NCBI GenBank assembly: GCA_003971905.1
Contig: RSEE01000022.1
Coordinates: 372,001-436,000, forward strand
From: Moniliella sp. 'wahieum'
Taxonomy: Eukaryota
Reading direction: 5' to 3'
Length of the DNA stretch: 64,000 nucleotides
Positions 49,801 through 62,517 of the stretch are shown here, one piece after another (position 1 is the first letter of the stretch; each line of letters starts with the position of its first letter). The notes below the pieces were generated by a model that had not been told where the DNA came from, ran no database searches, and saw nothing but the letters and a program-made list of their open reading frames with translations. Position numbers and translations under genes: made by a program.

Positions 49801-49891
49801 GAAACGTAGAGGAATGGCCGGGCAGGATGGGGGTGCCACGAGGATGGAAACAGGAGGGAATGGGGTGGGGTCAAGAACAGAGAAAAAAACA

Positions 49892-51580
49892 TCAAAGGTA
49901 CTTGTGCCAGCGGGAGCGAAGAACAAAAAGGAGTAAAGTGGCAATCAATGTGGTGACGGCCGCCACCGAGAAGGAGAGAGAGCAAGCGCGGCCAGCGCGG
50001 CAGATGGCCGGCGGTGAGCCTTCCTCGAACACATCCAAATATCCCAGGGGAAGAGGCCGCTTGGCAACCGCATCGGAAACCGTGGCGTACAGCATGGGGA
50101 ACCCAAATGACCCTAAAGCACTAGCGTAAGAGAGTAGCCCCCATGAGCGGCCAAATGTCGACAGGCCAAACGCTGATGCAACGATCGAAGGCACCAGCGT
50201 GAACGTGGATCCGTAAAGGAACCCGACCGCAGCTGCCAGACAAAGCAGGCCATGAAGCGTGCTCAGTCCCACAGCGGCAAAGGTAAACATGAGGGTAAGG
50301 CTGCCTGTAGCCGCGACCAGGAGCGTTACCCGAGAAATCCTGACGCGCAAGAGAGCGTACTTGATCCGAGCGAGTGTGCCCTGGGGAACCTCTCGCTCCT
50401 CCACTGCCCGTGCAGGGCTCACGGCATCGGCTACCACACCGGCCAACAGACGGGATGCTGTGTTGGTCATGGCAAGAAGAGAGATGACGCGAGAGCGCCA
50501 GCGAAGCTCGTCGCGTGCCACCCCGGGCACGTCCGCCAAATCGCCCAGGTTGGTCTTGTGGGGGTAAAGGGCAGCGACCATGGACCCCACATTTGACATG
50601 ACCATCTCTCCAGCACCCACTGCTGTAACGAGGATGAGGGCCAAAATCCAAACCGAGGGAGAGAAGATAAAGTCACGCAGACTCTCCGAACGTGGTGTGA
50701 GCATTGACGTGCTAGACCGCACACTCCATCCACTTGCCCCTGCCGGATCGAGCATGGAGCTCTCCGGGTCAGAAATCGGGTTGTTCCCTGGATTCGAAAT
50801 GGAAGAGACAAGAGGCGTCCGTTCGTTCGCCTCGTCGCCTTGCGCAGCAATCCGGGCCTGTTCAGCGGCAGCCCGAGCCCGAGCCTGATATTGCTCGTGC
50901 CGCACCCCTTGCCCATGCGCTTGCTTGGTCTCCTGCTCATCCACCTTTGGAGCCGAGAGCATGCCCCAAGCAGCAATCACGTTGGATCCGCCCAATACCA
51001 CAGCAAGGAAGGTAAGGAAGCGGGTGGTGTCCAGGTCACCGGTGTTGGCGTCGACAAAGAACCGCTCGCCGACGGCAGTGAGGAACATGGAGCTCAAACT
51101 GAAGAGCGTAAGAGGAAGAGCAATTGCCAGACCAGGCTGTTGAGGCCAGACTCGCGTAGCCGCAGTCATAGATCCAAAATACGCCGCTCCCACACCGGCA
51201 CCAACAAGAGCAAAACACATGCCGAGGTAGATTGTCGGCCCCAACCCCAGTGGCGCTCGAACCACCGACGCACCGATGCCATCTCCGCCCTGAGCCGGTG
51301 CACGTTGTGCCATCAGGCTGTACCCCAGGCCAAAAAGCACACTGGCGCCGACGCTTAGTGGAGCAGGACCAAATTGGTCGGCAACAGCGCCCCAACCAGC
51401 TGCGCTCAGATATTCGCCTAGCACGGTGGCGGACCAGAGGATGTTAGTCTGCTTGAGGTCCAGTGCAAAGTCCGCCATGAGCGAAGGGCCGATGAGGGGG
51501 AAGCAAAACAAGCTACCCGCTGTCAACGCATTGATCGCGACGCTGGCAATGACCAGCGCTCGACGGGGTTGGGTCAACAT
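49892..51580 (-). CDS. MCH1: MFS transporter, MCH1/nodulin-like
   Basis: Uninterrupted ORF with about 12 hydrophobic segments; AGSLFCFPL, WGAVADQFGP, GLAIALPLTLFSLSS, GAGEMVMSNVGSMV, SRLLAGVVAD, FGLSTFGRSWG. Confidence 0.85.
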   Translation of the reverse strand: MLTQPRRALVIASVAINALTAGSLFCFPLIGPSLMADFALDLKQTNILWSATVLGEYLSAAGWGAVADQFGPAPLSVGASVLFGLGYSLMAQRAPAQGGDGIGASVVRAPLGLGPTIYLGMCFALVGAGVGAAYFGSMTAATRVWPQQPGLAIALPLTLFSLSSMFLTAVGERFFVDANTGDLDTTRFLTFLAVVLGGSNVIAAWGMLSAPKVDEQETKQAHGQGVRHEQYQARARAAAEQARIAAQGDEANERTPLVSSISNPGNNPISDPESSMLDPAGASGWSVRSSTSMLTPRSESLRDFIFSPSVWILALILVTAVGAGEMVMSNVGSMVAALYPHKTNLGDLADVPGVARDELRWRSRVISLLAMTNTASRLLAGVVADAVSPARAVEEREVPQGTLARIKYALLRVRISRVTLLVAATGSLTLMFTFAAVGLSTLHGLLCLAAAVGFLYGSTFTLVPSIVASAFGLSTFGRSWGLLSYASALGSFGFPMLYATVSDAVAKRPLPLGYLDVFEEGSPPAICRAGRACSLSFSVAAVTTLIATLLLFVLRSRWHKYL

Positions 51581-54574
51581 GGTGTGTTGGCCGGGGGATG
51601 CAAGTTGGAAGTGCCGAGAGGGCTGCAATATGTGTGTAGGTCACGCCGCTGGCCGTGGGTGCGGGTGGAGCACGTGGTGGTGGTGAGGACGATGGGAGAT
51701 TGAGAGGGAGAGGGCAGCGGTTGTTGCTCGCTGGGCGCACCACCTGGGCGGAGGGTCTGGGGGAGTGGACAGGGGGCTGATTAGGATACTGTGCTGCATG
51801 CTATACAGGGGCATTGTGGTTACCGGCGGCTACCGGTGGGATCTGAGACCAATCAACGTTGCCCGGATCTTCTTCCGCTATCTAAGATCTAAGATCTAAT
51901 CGCAGCCACACAGGCAGACCGACGTCACACTGGCGCCATGCGGTACACGTGACCATTCCTTGATTCCCTCCTCGTGGCAAACTGGGTTCCATCTGGGATC
52001 TCACATGCGCATGATCGATGTCGATGGCATCCCAGCCACGCTCGAATCGGGAGAAGAGTGCCCCCCAGTGCGGCGCTCAGGCCCTCCGGTTGAGCCGTGT
52101 CGTGTCATCATGTCATCGATCTCATCGATCATCCATCATGCGTCTGCTTCAGGACCTCGTGCTCACGCGCTCACGCCTCCACGCGGCCCGGATGTGCGTC
52201 CTCTGCTGAGGTAACCCGATAACGTGTAAGTAACGCGCAACGCGTATAACGCGTAGCCGCCGCCTGACTGGCCGATGCGGCAAAGCAATAGCAATCACTG
52301 CACCACTCCCGCCATCGCCGCTCCACGCCCCTCTGTTCTCCACAACATCAGTCATCGACGTCATCAATCATATTGGGCCGAATGGCAATGACCCGGACAG
52401 CATATCTGCCCACACGCTCCACATCATATAGAGAGAGAGGTGCTTTCACCTTTATAAACAGCGCTGTGTTGTCCTTCAGCTGTGTTTCGTCTCACACGAC
52501 CTTAATGCTCGCTTGAAGTATGAGAGCAAATCAATCACGGGGGCCGTGTTCAGGCAAAGCAGGTTCATCATCCTCATCGGCCTCATTCATCATCACATTG
52601 CCAGGTTATCCCGCGGTTACTATATAGCTTTCCTGCCCATTCTGGCTTTGAGTGAGAGGCTTGTGCTATAGTGACCGTGGGGCAGATCAATGGAGAGAGC
52701 TCTGCTAAAATACTAGGATCTGAAGCCTGATGGGGAAAGCAAAAGGAGACGGACCTTTTGGCTAAAAACGCACGAGAGGAAAGCACGTGAAACGGGCCGT
52801 ATATGTTGGGGCCTAATACTGAAAGCGATGGGGAAAGTTGCGGTGGTAATGGGGTGATGGGTTCTTTCCATTGCTGGGGTGCATTTCTCTCTCCCAAGCG
52901 GGGAGACCGAGGGGCAGGGACTGAGGTGACAAGGGGAAAATGTCGAAATGATCAAGGCTCGTCTCCACAACGGTGCACAGTACCAGTAGCAAAGTCCACA
53001 GACGCTCAACAAACCCACCGTGTTTACAAGTACTCGAGGCCACCGCTTGCAACCAGTGTCTCGTCCAGCTACGTAATTGAGCCCCACGAAAAAGGCTTAC
53101 AGTCCACGGCTCTGACCCCGGGTGGCAAGCGCTGCCAGTCTTGGGCTAGGTTTTGACTGTGGTCAGATGTTTGGCGTTGGCACGCAATCGGGGTAGAGGG
53201 CTGTTATTACGGTTCGCATATCGGTATTAGGGAACATATACTCTTGGTACGTGGCAGTACGAGAGTCGAGACGTTCAACTCTCGATAATCTCCTTGTATA
53301 TGACAGAGAAAAGAGGAACACAAGCTGCTAGTAACCCCAATTCACCATCGTATAGCTTTCGAGTAGAGCCGAAGTACTACCCTTTCGGGAAGTGGCATTT
53401 TTTCAAGCCAACACTCCCTCTGACAGGAGCCAAAAGAGATAACAGCATAAAACGATCAGAAAAGTCTCAAGCATTGACCTCCCACGTCGTCTCATCGGGG
53501 CCCGTCGAGACTCCATACATATGAAATGCGTTCAGACCGGCTGTTCTAGCCGGGTTCTACCCTTCGTATAATGACACTGCCGGATTGAAAACGGCATTCT
53601 ATAGTCAGCAACGCCGAAAAATATGCCACTTTCCATGTGGGCAAAGTGCGACCAAACAAATCTATACTGACGCTGGGGTTTTTGCTGGGCCATGCCGCGC
53701 TAGCGTTCTACTGTTTTGGTTTGTATTATGAACTTCACATCACAGCAACGCTAGGATGAGCGAATGATATGTCAAAACGGGATTCTTTGCCATGCGGAAA
53801 CGAGCGATGAAAAGGCATCAAGTGCAAAAGCGGAGGAGACGGCGCGATTGGTTAACCTCTTCCCCCCGCACTTCCTGGACAAAGACCATTTGTCTAAGCG
53901 AAGGAAGGGAGCAGATATAAAGAGCTAGTAACGGTGGTGTCGGTAGAGTAATACCCATGCTGTGGTACCGTGGATTGACGGGAAAGTATCGAATCCATGT
54001 AGTTAGCACGGGGCGACTATTACAAGTCGCTTTGTATAGCCCCCTCCACTCCCTTATGGTCGCTCTCGCTCCTCGGTTTCTCTTCCTATCACTACTCAAC
54101 TCTATGTTGACCCGGATTTTCGGCCTATCTACAAAACCCACACAATAATCGTCATTTCTTCTCCCCTCGCGGTCGTCTAAAATCCAAAACACTACACATG
54201 TGGTTTCGACCCAGTTTCTCGCCTTGTTTCTCGTCTCGGGTTCGCTTCATCCTTGACCCTCGCCTCGTCTCTTACCTTGTACCTCTTGTGCTTGGTCCTC
54301 ACTTCTTCCTTGGCTCATTTCCCCTTTTCACTGTAATAGACCAGTTAGTCTTTCCTTTGCCCCCCCCCTTTCATCTTCTCTAAAGCCTCTCTGTCTGTTC
54401 TTATATAGGGACTTTGGATCTGAAACGCGTTCAGTCCTCCGTGAGTCTTGTCTCCAATGGGTAGGGAAGGTCTCCGTCTGGGGATCCAGCAACCCCGTTA
54501 CACTCCTTTCTTTTCCTCCATTTCTCGCGTTTCCTGACACGCAACGGTTGAAACAGTTGTTGCCTTCACCTCTC

Positions 54575-54756
54575 TTTCAAACTTTGGCTAATCTCGCTCC
54601 CATTTTCAATTTCTTCGTCCCTACCGTCTCGCTCCTTCCCTGCTCTTTCGCTTCGCACCATGCCCTCTGCTCTTGCTTCCTCCCCACGAACGATTGCTAT
54701 ATCCCTTTGCCTAGTCTCGACTCTGGTCTCCCTCGCATTTTACCCCGATTATGACA
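54575..54756 (+). mobile_element. Diverged solo LTR of the family at 5937-9520
   Basis: Aligns end to end with the LTR (about 84% identity by manual alignment); ends in TGACA; flanks CTCTC/CACTC form a 4-of-5 degenerate TSD. Confidence 0.88.
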
Positions 54757-56432
54757 CACTCTCGTACTCATTCCTCCCACATACGTCGCCAAACCCGAAG
54801 TCAGGTTTCAAGCTATATAGGTTCAAGCTGCCCGTGCCCCTGTCGCTTTCTATTTGTTGTTCTGGTTGGTATTCATCCCTATATCTACACTCAGTGAATT
54901 CCAGCATTTACGGAAGTTATACCACGGACAAAGAAAAGCTATGCGCCTATATATCACAGAAGGCCTATCAGGCTCTTGCATACACTCGGTGGATGCTTGC
55001 TGGTGCCAACCCAATAAGAGATCAGTTCGATCAGTGGAGCTGCTAGCAGGTCGGGACCCTCTGGCTCCCTCCTCCGTTCGCTTCCAACCCGAATGCAGTG
55101 CGAGTGTGGATACGGATGAGCGTGGGAGACACGGTGAGCGACGACGGACAAGGATCGACGGCACGTCCTTAGTCTTTTTGCCATGCAAATTTCAGTATTC
55201 CAGTAGTCAATACTTCGATGGCCTCGATGGTCACCGGTGAGTGGTGAGCCGCTGATCGATGATCGATGATCGTGATCGACGATCCTGGTTTGGCCAGTTG
55301 CCCCGTTTGGACGATGGAGGCGATGCGATCAACAGATGAGGTGGCTTCGAAAGGCTACACTGGCTGAGTCTAAACGCGTAAGTGCTACGTGTTAAGTCCT
55401 AGTTACTCGGTACTTTCATGCATCATGCAACAACGGTATAATCCTCAAGGTACTCAGTACGTTCAGTTGAGTACCGAGTATTTCCTGCAAGAGGTATGGG
55501 TATGTGTCCATCACCTGGGTTTGATGCATGTGATGGTTCCGAGATGGATTGCACGTTGCGCACAGACGTGTCGGAGTCGGGGGAAGACAAGGAGAACCAA
55601 ATACCCAAGGGCGCAAATGGAGGGCAAACATGCCTAGAAAGGGAAAGACAAGAAGGATTGCCAGATTACCTCGATTACCTAAGAGGCCTATGGCACCCCT
55701 TTTTGTATTCCCGAGGCACTAGGCCCTCGTGGTTCTAGACCGGTCTCGAAGTGCATTGCCGGTTGGGAGATGGATGGAATAACCCTAGCACGGAGCGCGC
55801 GCGCACACCGTTTGGCCCTACACACTGCTGCTACTGTCGTCCGCGAGCTCTTTTTTTTGGCGGCGAGGTCGCCGACAGCAAGGGGGCAGTGCAGCGACAG
55901 CCGCAAGGCACAGGCAGAGCACAGACAGAGCACAGGCTCTCTGGGCTCGGGCGGCGCGAGAGCAACTGGCCTGGTGCTGGGTGGGTTGGGGCTGCGCAAG
56001 AGGGCGAGCGGCAGGCGAGGCGGGGCAGGAGGGCAGTGCCAGCAGAGGTGATGGGGTGGTGGAATTCCGCTGCCCATTTGCAGGCGGCGGGCAACAGTGG
56101 CCGGATGCCGGCGGCGGGCGGTGGACGCGACCAGTCAGCGATCTGCAAGCGGCGTGGACGGTGGGCGGCGCGGCGCCAGTGTGGGTGGGTGCTGAGCACG
56201 GCGGGAGCGTGGCTGACGGCGTGGTCCGACGGCCACTGCAGTGCTGCGGTGCTCGGCTGCTGCTGTGCTGCTGCTGCTGCTTTTCGCTGCCATTGGCTCC
56301 TCCCCGCCTCTCCGACCTCAGCCCGCTCAGCGTGCTTTGCCCATCGAAGCCCGAGCCTGCGTCTGAGCATCTGCGTCCAAGCGAGCTGCCACGCCTTGCC
56401 GTTGCTCCCGCCTCTGCCTCCGCCTCGCCGCC

Positions 56433-58572
56433 ATGCCGCCGACCGCGTCTGACCAGCGCCGCTCGCCGCCGCCGACCCCGCCCGTTCGTCGCTCGGGCGC
56501 TCCCCCGACCACCCGCGCCCCCCGCGTGCTGGCCGACCCCCAGGATGGCTCGCGCATCGAACACCGCGTCGCCGACGTCGCAGCCGTCCCCAGGTGCACG
56601 ACTCTCACCAGGTGTACGGCCCCTTTGCAGCGCGCAGTAATGACGACGTGCTCCAGGTGAAGCGCATTCTTCAGCAGTCTCGCCGCCGCCGGCGTCGCTC
56701 TGTTGACCGGCCCGCTCTTGCCGATTCACCAGCCCCCTTGCTCCCGTCCCCGCCCTTTCCCAACCATTCCTCCGTCGCCAGTCCTCGTCCCAAGATGCGT
56801 GCTGGGTGGGCAACGACGTGCTCAGCTGCTACCCCGTTGCCGGCACTGATGTCGTCCAGGGGGAATGGTCCAAGTTCATCTGGAACTCCAATTATCCTCG
56901 CTTCCAGCAGATTGGCGCCGTTGACATCTACCTCTTTCGTGACGATGGCGATGTATTGCAGACCAGCTGGTCCAGCGTCGACAACAATCTGGGCCGCATT
57001 TCCTTCAGCCCAAACGATCTCTGGTGGCAAAATATGCCCAAAGCCGCTACTATCCAACCTAACCAGAACATCTCATGGCCATTTTACTTTGTCATCACTG
57101 CTTCGGGTCTTGGCACAGAGAGCGGCATGAGCCGTCTTGCCACATGGTCGGCAATCCGTAAGTTGCCCATTTATTTTCTGTACCCTACGCGAGGCATAGC
57201 TGACCTTCATTTTCCCTTCGCAGAGACCGCACTGCCCTCATCAATCGCATCTCAGCGTTCCGCATCCTCGGCTTCGCTTGCGTCTGCCTCTTCCGCCTCG
57301 CTTGCCTCAGCCTCGCTCTCCTCTGCGTCGTTGGCGTCTTTATCTTCCGCTTCGGTGGCTTCCATGTCATCCGGATACTTGTCGTCCCTCTCTGTGGCAT
57401 CCGTATCGGCAGCGTCATCAGCGTCCGTCGCGTCAGCGTCTATCGCCTCTCGCACAGCTACGTTGACGGGGACGGCTCTATCGTCCTACCTCTCTGGCGT
57501 TTCCGCATCGTCTGAGACTGCATCTGTTGTTTCATCGATCAGCGAGTCGATCGAGTCATCCTTGCGCAGTGAGGGCTTCACGGGGACTCAGACTGGGGTA
57601 GCCACGTTAACCACTACCCTCTCTAATGGTCAGATTATTACGGCTAACTGCCAACGCTGAGGCTAACGGGGGAGCACTTAATGGATTGGCGGGATCTAAC
57701 CATCTCCCTGCCTATGCCATTGCTTTGATTTGCGTATTCGGGTCGCTTGCATTGCTTCTCGCTCTGGCTGGCGCCTATCTGGTGTCACGCCGGTGGAGGC
57801 GCAAACATGCCGTGGCCATGGGCGGTGCAGGAGCTGTACAAAACAGTATGCGCTCGACATCGCCCATGCTCGGCGCTGCAAGTGCGCAAGCATGTCTGAC
57901 GAGTCCCGTTCGCCCGTCAGCCTCGGTCCCCTGTCATCCCTGCAGTGGGGCCAGGGGGCGAAGATTCGGCTGGGATAGCAGCCGCTGGTCTTGGGGCAGG
58001 TGCAGCTGCTTCCAGTGCAACAAATGCTGGCGCCGCAGGCGGGGAACCTCACCCCACCTTCTCGGTCGGATGAGGCAAGCAGGATGGCGGATGCGTTCCG
58101 TAACGCGCTCCGTCAACCTTCGTTTGCCGGATCAGAGGATCCAACCAACGCATCCACTTCCCACTTGCTTCCCGCTCTTGCAACCGGGGCAGCAGCAGGT
58201 GCAGGGGCGGGGGCGATGGCCCGCAATGCCAGCAGCGTCAGCGCCAAACGACCTTCGTCCATTGCGACGGGTACATCACCCGCAGTGGGCGGCGACAGTG
58301 TGAATGCACTACCTTCACCGGCACTCCTCTCTGCAAGGCAGGCCTCGGGCGCCGGCTCCCCCATCATACGACATTACGGAGATGGGTCGGAGCACGATGG
58401 TCAATCTGTGGTTGACCATTCTGGGGGAGGATCAGAAGAGATGGGATCAAACCACCCAATAGGCCAGCGCCCTACATTGGCTCAACTCTTACGCCAAGAG
58501 CTGGCACGTGATGGGATGGAGATGCACGATGTCGGCCGTTCAAGGCCGACGTTTAACGAGGATGAAGAATAG
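56433..58572 (+). CDS. Ser-rich single-pass membrane protein (cell-surface sensor-like architecture); start uncertain
   Basis: Globular segment CYPVAG...FIWNSNYP...VDIYLF...WW...FYFVI, Ser/Ala-rich stalk, TM AYAIALICVFGSLALLLALAGAYLV then SRRWRRK, tail EASRMADAFRNALRQP. Confidence 0.7.
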
Positions 58573-59377
58573 CGGCTCTTTTCCTCCGTGTCCCGGTCCA
58601 AGGGCATCGTTCGCACTTGGTACCACACTCTTTCTTGATTTATCCCCTTCTCGTCGACCACTTTGACACGATACCCCTTCCCCGTCTCTCTCGGTCTTTC
58701 CCCGGCTCTTCCTCTGTAACTGTCCTCAGGGTGTGCGAAGTGTGCCACGTTGTCGGTCAGGGCTTCAGTCAGGTACCAGCTCTGCCTCAGGCATCTCCCC
58801 TTCACGGCTCGTGGTTCTTCCACTTCCCCATTCCCACCCTCCTTCCGGCGACAACCGCCCCCCGCCCCCCTCGCTCCTACCGTGCGCAAGACTGCCTGCT
58901 CCCATCTCCCTTTGCTTTCTTTGCCATTCTCGCCTCCTACCCTCTTCAATCCTTTTTATGCCTCTTCTCTTTTTGTTTGATCATCCCCTTCATGTCCCCC
59001 ACCCCTTGACCTTTCTTCATGCTTCATCCCCCTTGTTATACGATGTCTCCACTGTGTGCCACACGCCGGTGGAGCGTCCTCGCCGTCAGTCCTCTGTGCC
59101 CATTCATCTATTCCATCTCACCGATGTCTTTCGTGTTTCCTAGGGTGGCGCCTATAGCGCATGCAGGATCGTGCTGGCCAATGCAACTTTGGGCGTCCTT
59201 GTTCACCCGCCGAGGCAAAAGGCACCTGCATCAATGGGCCATGATACACTCGGCCAGCCGTTGCATGTAATTTCAGCTCTTCCCCCCAGGTTATAAAGGG
59301 TGTCTGTGAAGGTGCCATTTCCCATCTTCTTGACCCGTACCGTCCGTGGTGGAAACCAACCAGTGAGGTAAGTTCCC

Positions 59378-60778
59378 TTATACATCGAACATCGCATCCT
59401 GCGGGTTCGCCTTGAAGTGAGCAATCCACTCCTTCTCCGCGCTCGAGCCCTTGGGCACAACAAAGAACGAAAGGCGTCCGTGTTTGAGAACCAAGCCGTC
59501 GCGCTTGCTCTCCACCGCATCGTCCTTGGCAGCCGAGTCAATCGCTTCGCGAAGTGAGCGCTGCAGACCCAACCGCAACGCGCGCCGTGCTTTGTCACTA
59601 CATACACGTTCACCTCCGACACAGTGTAGCCCGTGCCCCATTCCGGGTGGGACGGTCCACCTTGGCCCGGGGGAGGGAGCAAGGCCCCGATCCCATCCCC
59701 AATCGTCGCATCCTCGTCCCAAACGGGCAAGAGCTCGCTCTGCCCCACACCGGGATAGAGCACCAAAACAGGCAATTGCAGAGGCGTTCGGACCATATCC
59801 GGTCCTGCCCAGTCCTGCGGTCGAGACAGCGGCACAGCGTCCAACTGCTTCATTGCTTCAGGGTTAAACGACGGACCGGGCACGTCCCCGTCACCCTGAG
59901 GCACAGGCGGGACAACGATCAGTCCACGTGCGGTCAAGGCACGCAACAGCGCAGCAGACGTCATCTTCGTCCTCCGTTCCCGCTCTTTTTTCTCGGCCTC
60001 TTTCCTCTCGGCGGCCTGAACAAGCTCCAGGGCCTTCTTTCTGAGCTGCAAAGCTCTTTGTTGTTCGGGTTGACCTTCAGGCCTTGGTCGGCAGTGGCGA
60101 GAGCATCACTGCCCTTACCCAGCGCGACCTGGGCCCGTGTTTGCGGTAGTACGCCTTCTCGTTCTTGGAGTCATAGGAAAGAGCAGCGTCAGTGTCAAGA
60201 ATGACTTGACGGAAATTCCTCAACTCCAGGTTGCATGCGGCGCGATTGAGCAAAAGGGACTGTTTGATGGTGCCGTCCGGGGGTTTGGCCTGCAGGCCTT
60301 GAGTGTAAAACGAAGCGGCCTCGCGGAATCGTTTGCCCTTGAAGTACTCATTGCCCTGATCTTTGAAGTTGGAGGCAATCTCCTCGGGCGTACCGGCATG
60401 CGCCAAGTTCTGCAACGCTTCCAATGCCACATCCGACGTTTCCCGCCCGGGATCCGCCGCCTTGTCCTGCTCACTGGGCAAGTCGTGCATGAACAATGGC
60501 ACATTGTCCAGCGACGCCAGCTTGTCTTCTACTGACATCTTGGGCGGAAAGTTGGGATTGGGGTAGTCCTTGCCCCTGCCCAGGCGCGACCTGCGCGGCA
60601 TGTTGGTGCGACGCAAGCAGCTCATCAAAGTTGCGTTGGCCGGTGGTCCGCTCGTCCTTGGCAGGGGCAGGGGCAGGCGCGGGCACGGAAGGCTCAGACA
60701 GCTCCTCAATCTAAGGTGTCTGGGTCAGTGGTGTCCAACGAAGAAGACAGAGGGTAACAAGAACGCACCACAGCCATG
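59378..60778 (-). CDS. CNS1: TPR-domain Hsp70/Hsp90 co-chaperone Cns1/TTC4 (start approximate)
   Basis: LDNVPLFM, ALEALQNL...PEEIASNFKDQGNEYFK, LLLNRAACNLELRNF, NEKAYYR, LQLPVLVLYP (wheel domain). Confidence 0.88.
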
Positions 60779-61518
60779 TCAAAAGACAACCGAGGTGGTG
60801 ATGACTTTCGTTCGTCCACAGCCCGGCGCAACAGAAACAGAAAAATTAAAAAGGGGAGGCCTCCAGGCCCCAAATCAGAAATGTTGAACGTTTGGTGGCC
60901 TACTTCGACCTTCAAGCGATCGGTCACTGATCAAACTAATCGATCACGCTTCAATCATCAAGTTTCAGGTTTTCAAGCCGACCTACCAGTGAGGCCAATA
61001 ATGAGTCGTACCGACGAGTGCATGAGGCCCGAGGGCCTCAGGGGACATGCACTCAGCTTTCCTTATAGCTACCAGCGGTCGATAGCATGGCCGTGTAGAG
61101 TAGAAACCCAGCGTTGGATTATCTAGCTTTACTCAACTAGCAGTCCAGTCTCTGGTGCGAACCACACGATACGGCATCCACCCAGCAGCAGAAAAGGCAA
61201 GCCGAAGAGGTCCGGGGGATGACTATATCATACGTGAATGAAACGAGGCTCGTATGGCAGGGGGATCATCAGAGGCACTGTCGCATATGCATGCAGATCA
61301 AGCGCGCCACCATCGTAGTGTCGCAAAAGGAAACAAATCGGGGTATGATGCGAAGGGAATCACAGGCAGGAAAACGTGATGAGCACAAAGTGAGGGAGGG
61401 GGGGGGGGACGCAGCGGGAAGGGTATCCGCGAACCCACAAAATGTACATGAGATGGCGTTCAGAGAGGAGATGTGCATAAAGCCTGGGAAGGAAAAATAA
61501 GGTAAGTGGTAAACAGGC

Positions 61519-62517
61519 TTACAGGATATACATCCTCATTCTCAGTTCTGTCAGGAGGGCGATGCCAAACTGGACGAGAAGCATGACATGGGTAAAGTAG
61601 TCCCCCATTTGATTGAGCACAGGCGGGTCCCCGGTCCGCACCCGCTCGATCGTAAGCACAGCTACCATACCATCTTGCCAGTGGCCGTGATTGATTGCTT
61701 GGCTGCCCGGATCAAGAAGTCCTGGAACATAGGCGACAGTAGCGTTCCATTCCCAGTTGCGGAAACTCCCGCCAGCAAGGGAAGCATTCACGAGCAAGTC
61801 GCGCCCATGGTTGTACCCGTTCTTGCGAATTTTGTGTTTGTGTACCAAATTGCGCTCGGACGATACAGCCAGGAACCAGGCGCCAGTCGAGGCCAGGGGC
61901 CGTACTGCTTCCACACTGTTTCTAGATTAGCATGGTCCCAAACAAAAAGAGGAAAGATGCGCGTACTACGGAAATGGTTTCCACCAGTGATGCTTTCTCG
62001 GCAAGAGCCGACGAACCTCCCAGCATCCCAGTGGGACACTTGTCGGTACTCAAACCGTTCAGGAGTCATTCCGTGCCCATCACCCACGTCGGCATGCATG
62101 GGCGCGCCAATGTGCAAATTGAAGCATTCAAAGCTATACCCAATCGAGCGGGCATAGTCCCGAAACCCAGCGTCGGACAAGACATAAGGGTCTGATCGCC
62201 CTGACACGATCAGGTTAATGGGCTCCCTCATCCCATTCTCGACGAGAAGGAGCATGCTCCCTCCATAGATCGATGGGTCGGACCAGCCGCCCAAATTGTG
62301 GAGCCCATTGTTGTACGATAATCGGGAAGGGTGATAACGATAAAAGGGGACCGGCACTTGTGGGTCAGTCGAGTTTGTTGCATCAGTGAAGTGTGTGGCA
62401 AGCAGAGACATGGCAGGATAAGCCAGTGCGAGCGGCAGCCAGGCACAGAGAGACAGAAAGCAGCATATGGCCCAAGAGCACGACATGGGTATTGGGAGAG
62501 GAGGTGGCCTGGCCATA
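61519..62517 (-). CDS. Uncharacterised secreted or membrane-anchored protein (introns; ends approximate)
   Basis: Hydrophobic N-terminus; globular motifs GWSDP..YGGSML, EPINLIVSGRSDP, SIGYSFECFNLH, GSCRESITGGNHFR, TGAWFLAVS, NGYNHGRD, DGMVAVLTI. Confidence 0.7.

Noticed and set aside
55751..56813. Long GC-rich ORFs on both strands upstream of the membrane protein
   Set aside because: Low-complexity translations without domains; probably promoter, 5' UTR and the first exon of the plus-strand gene
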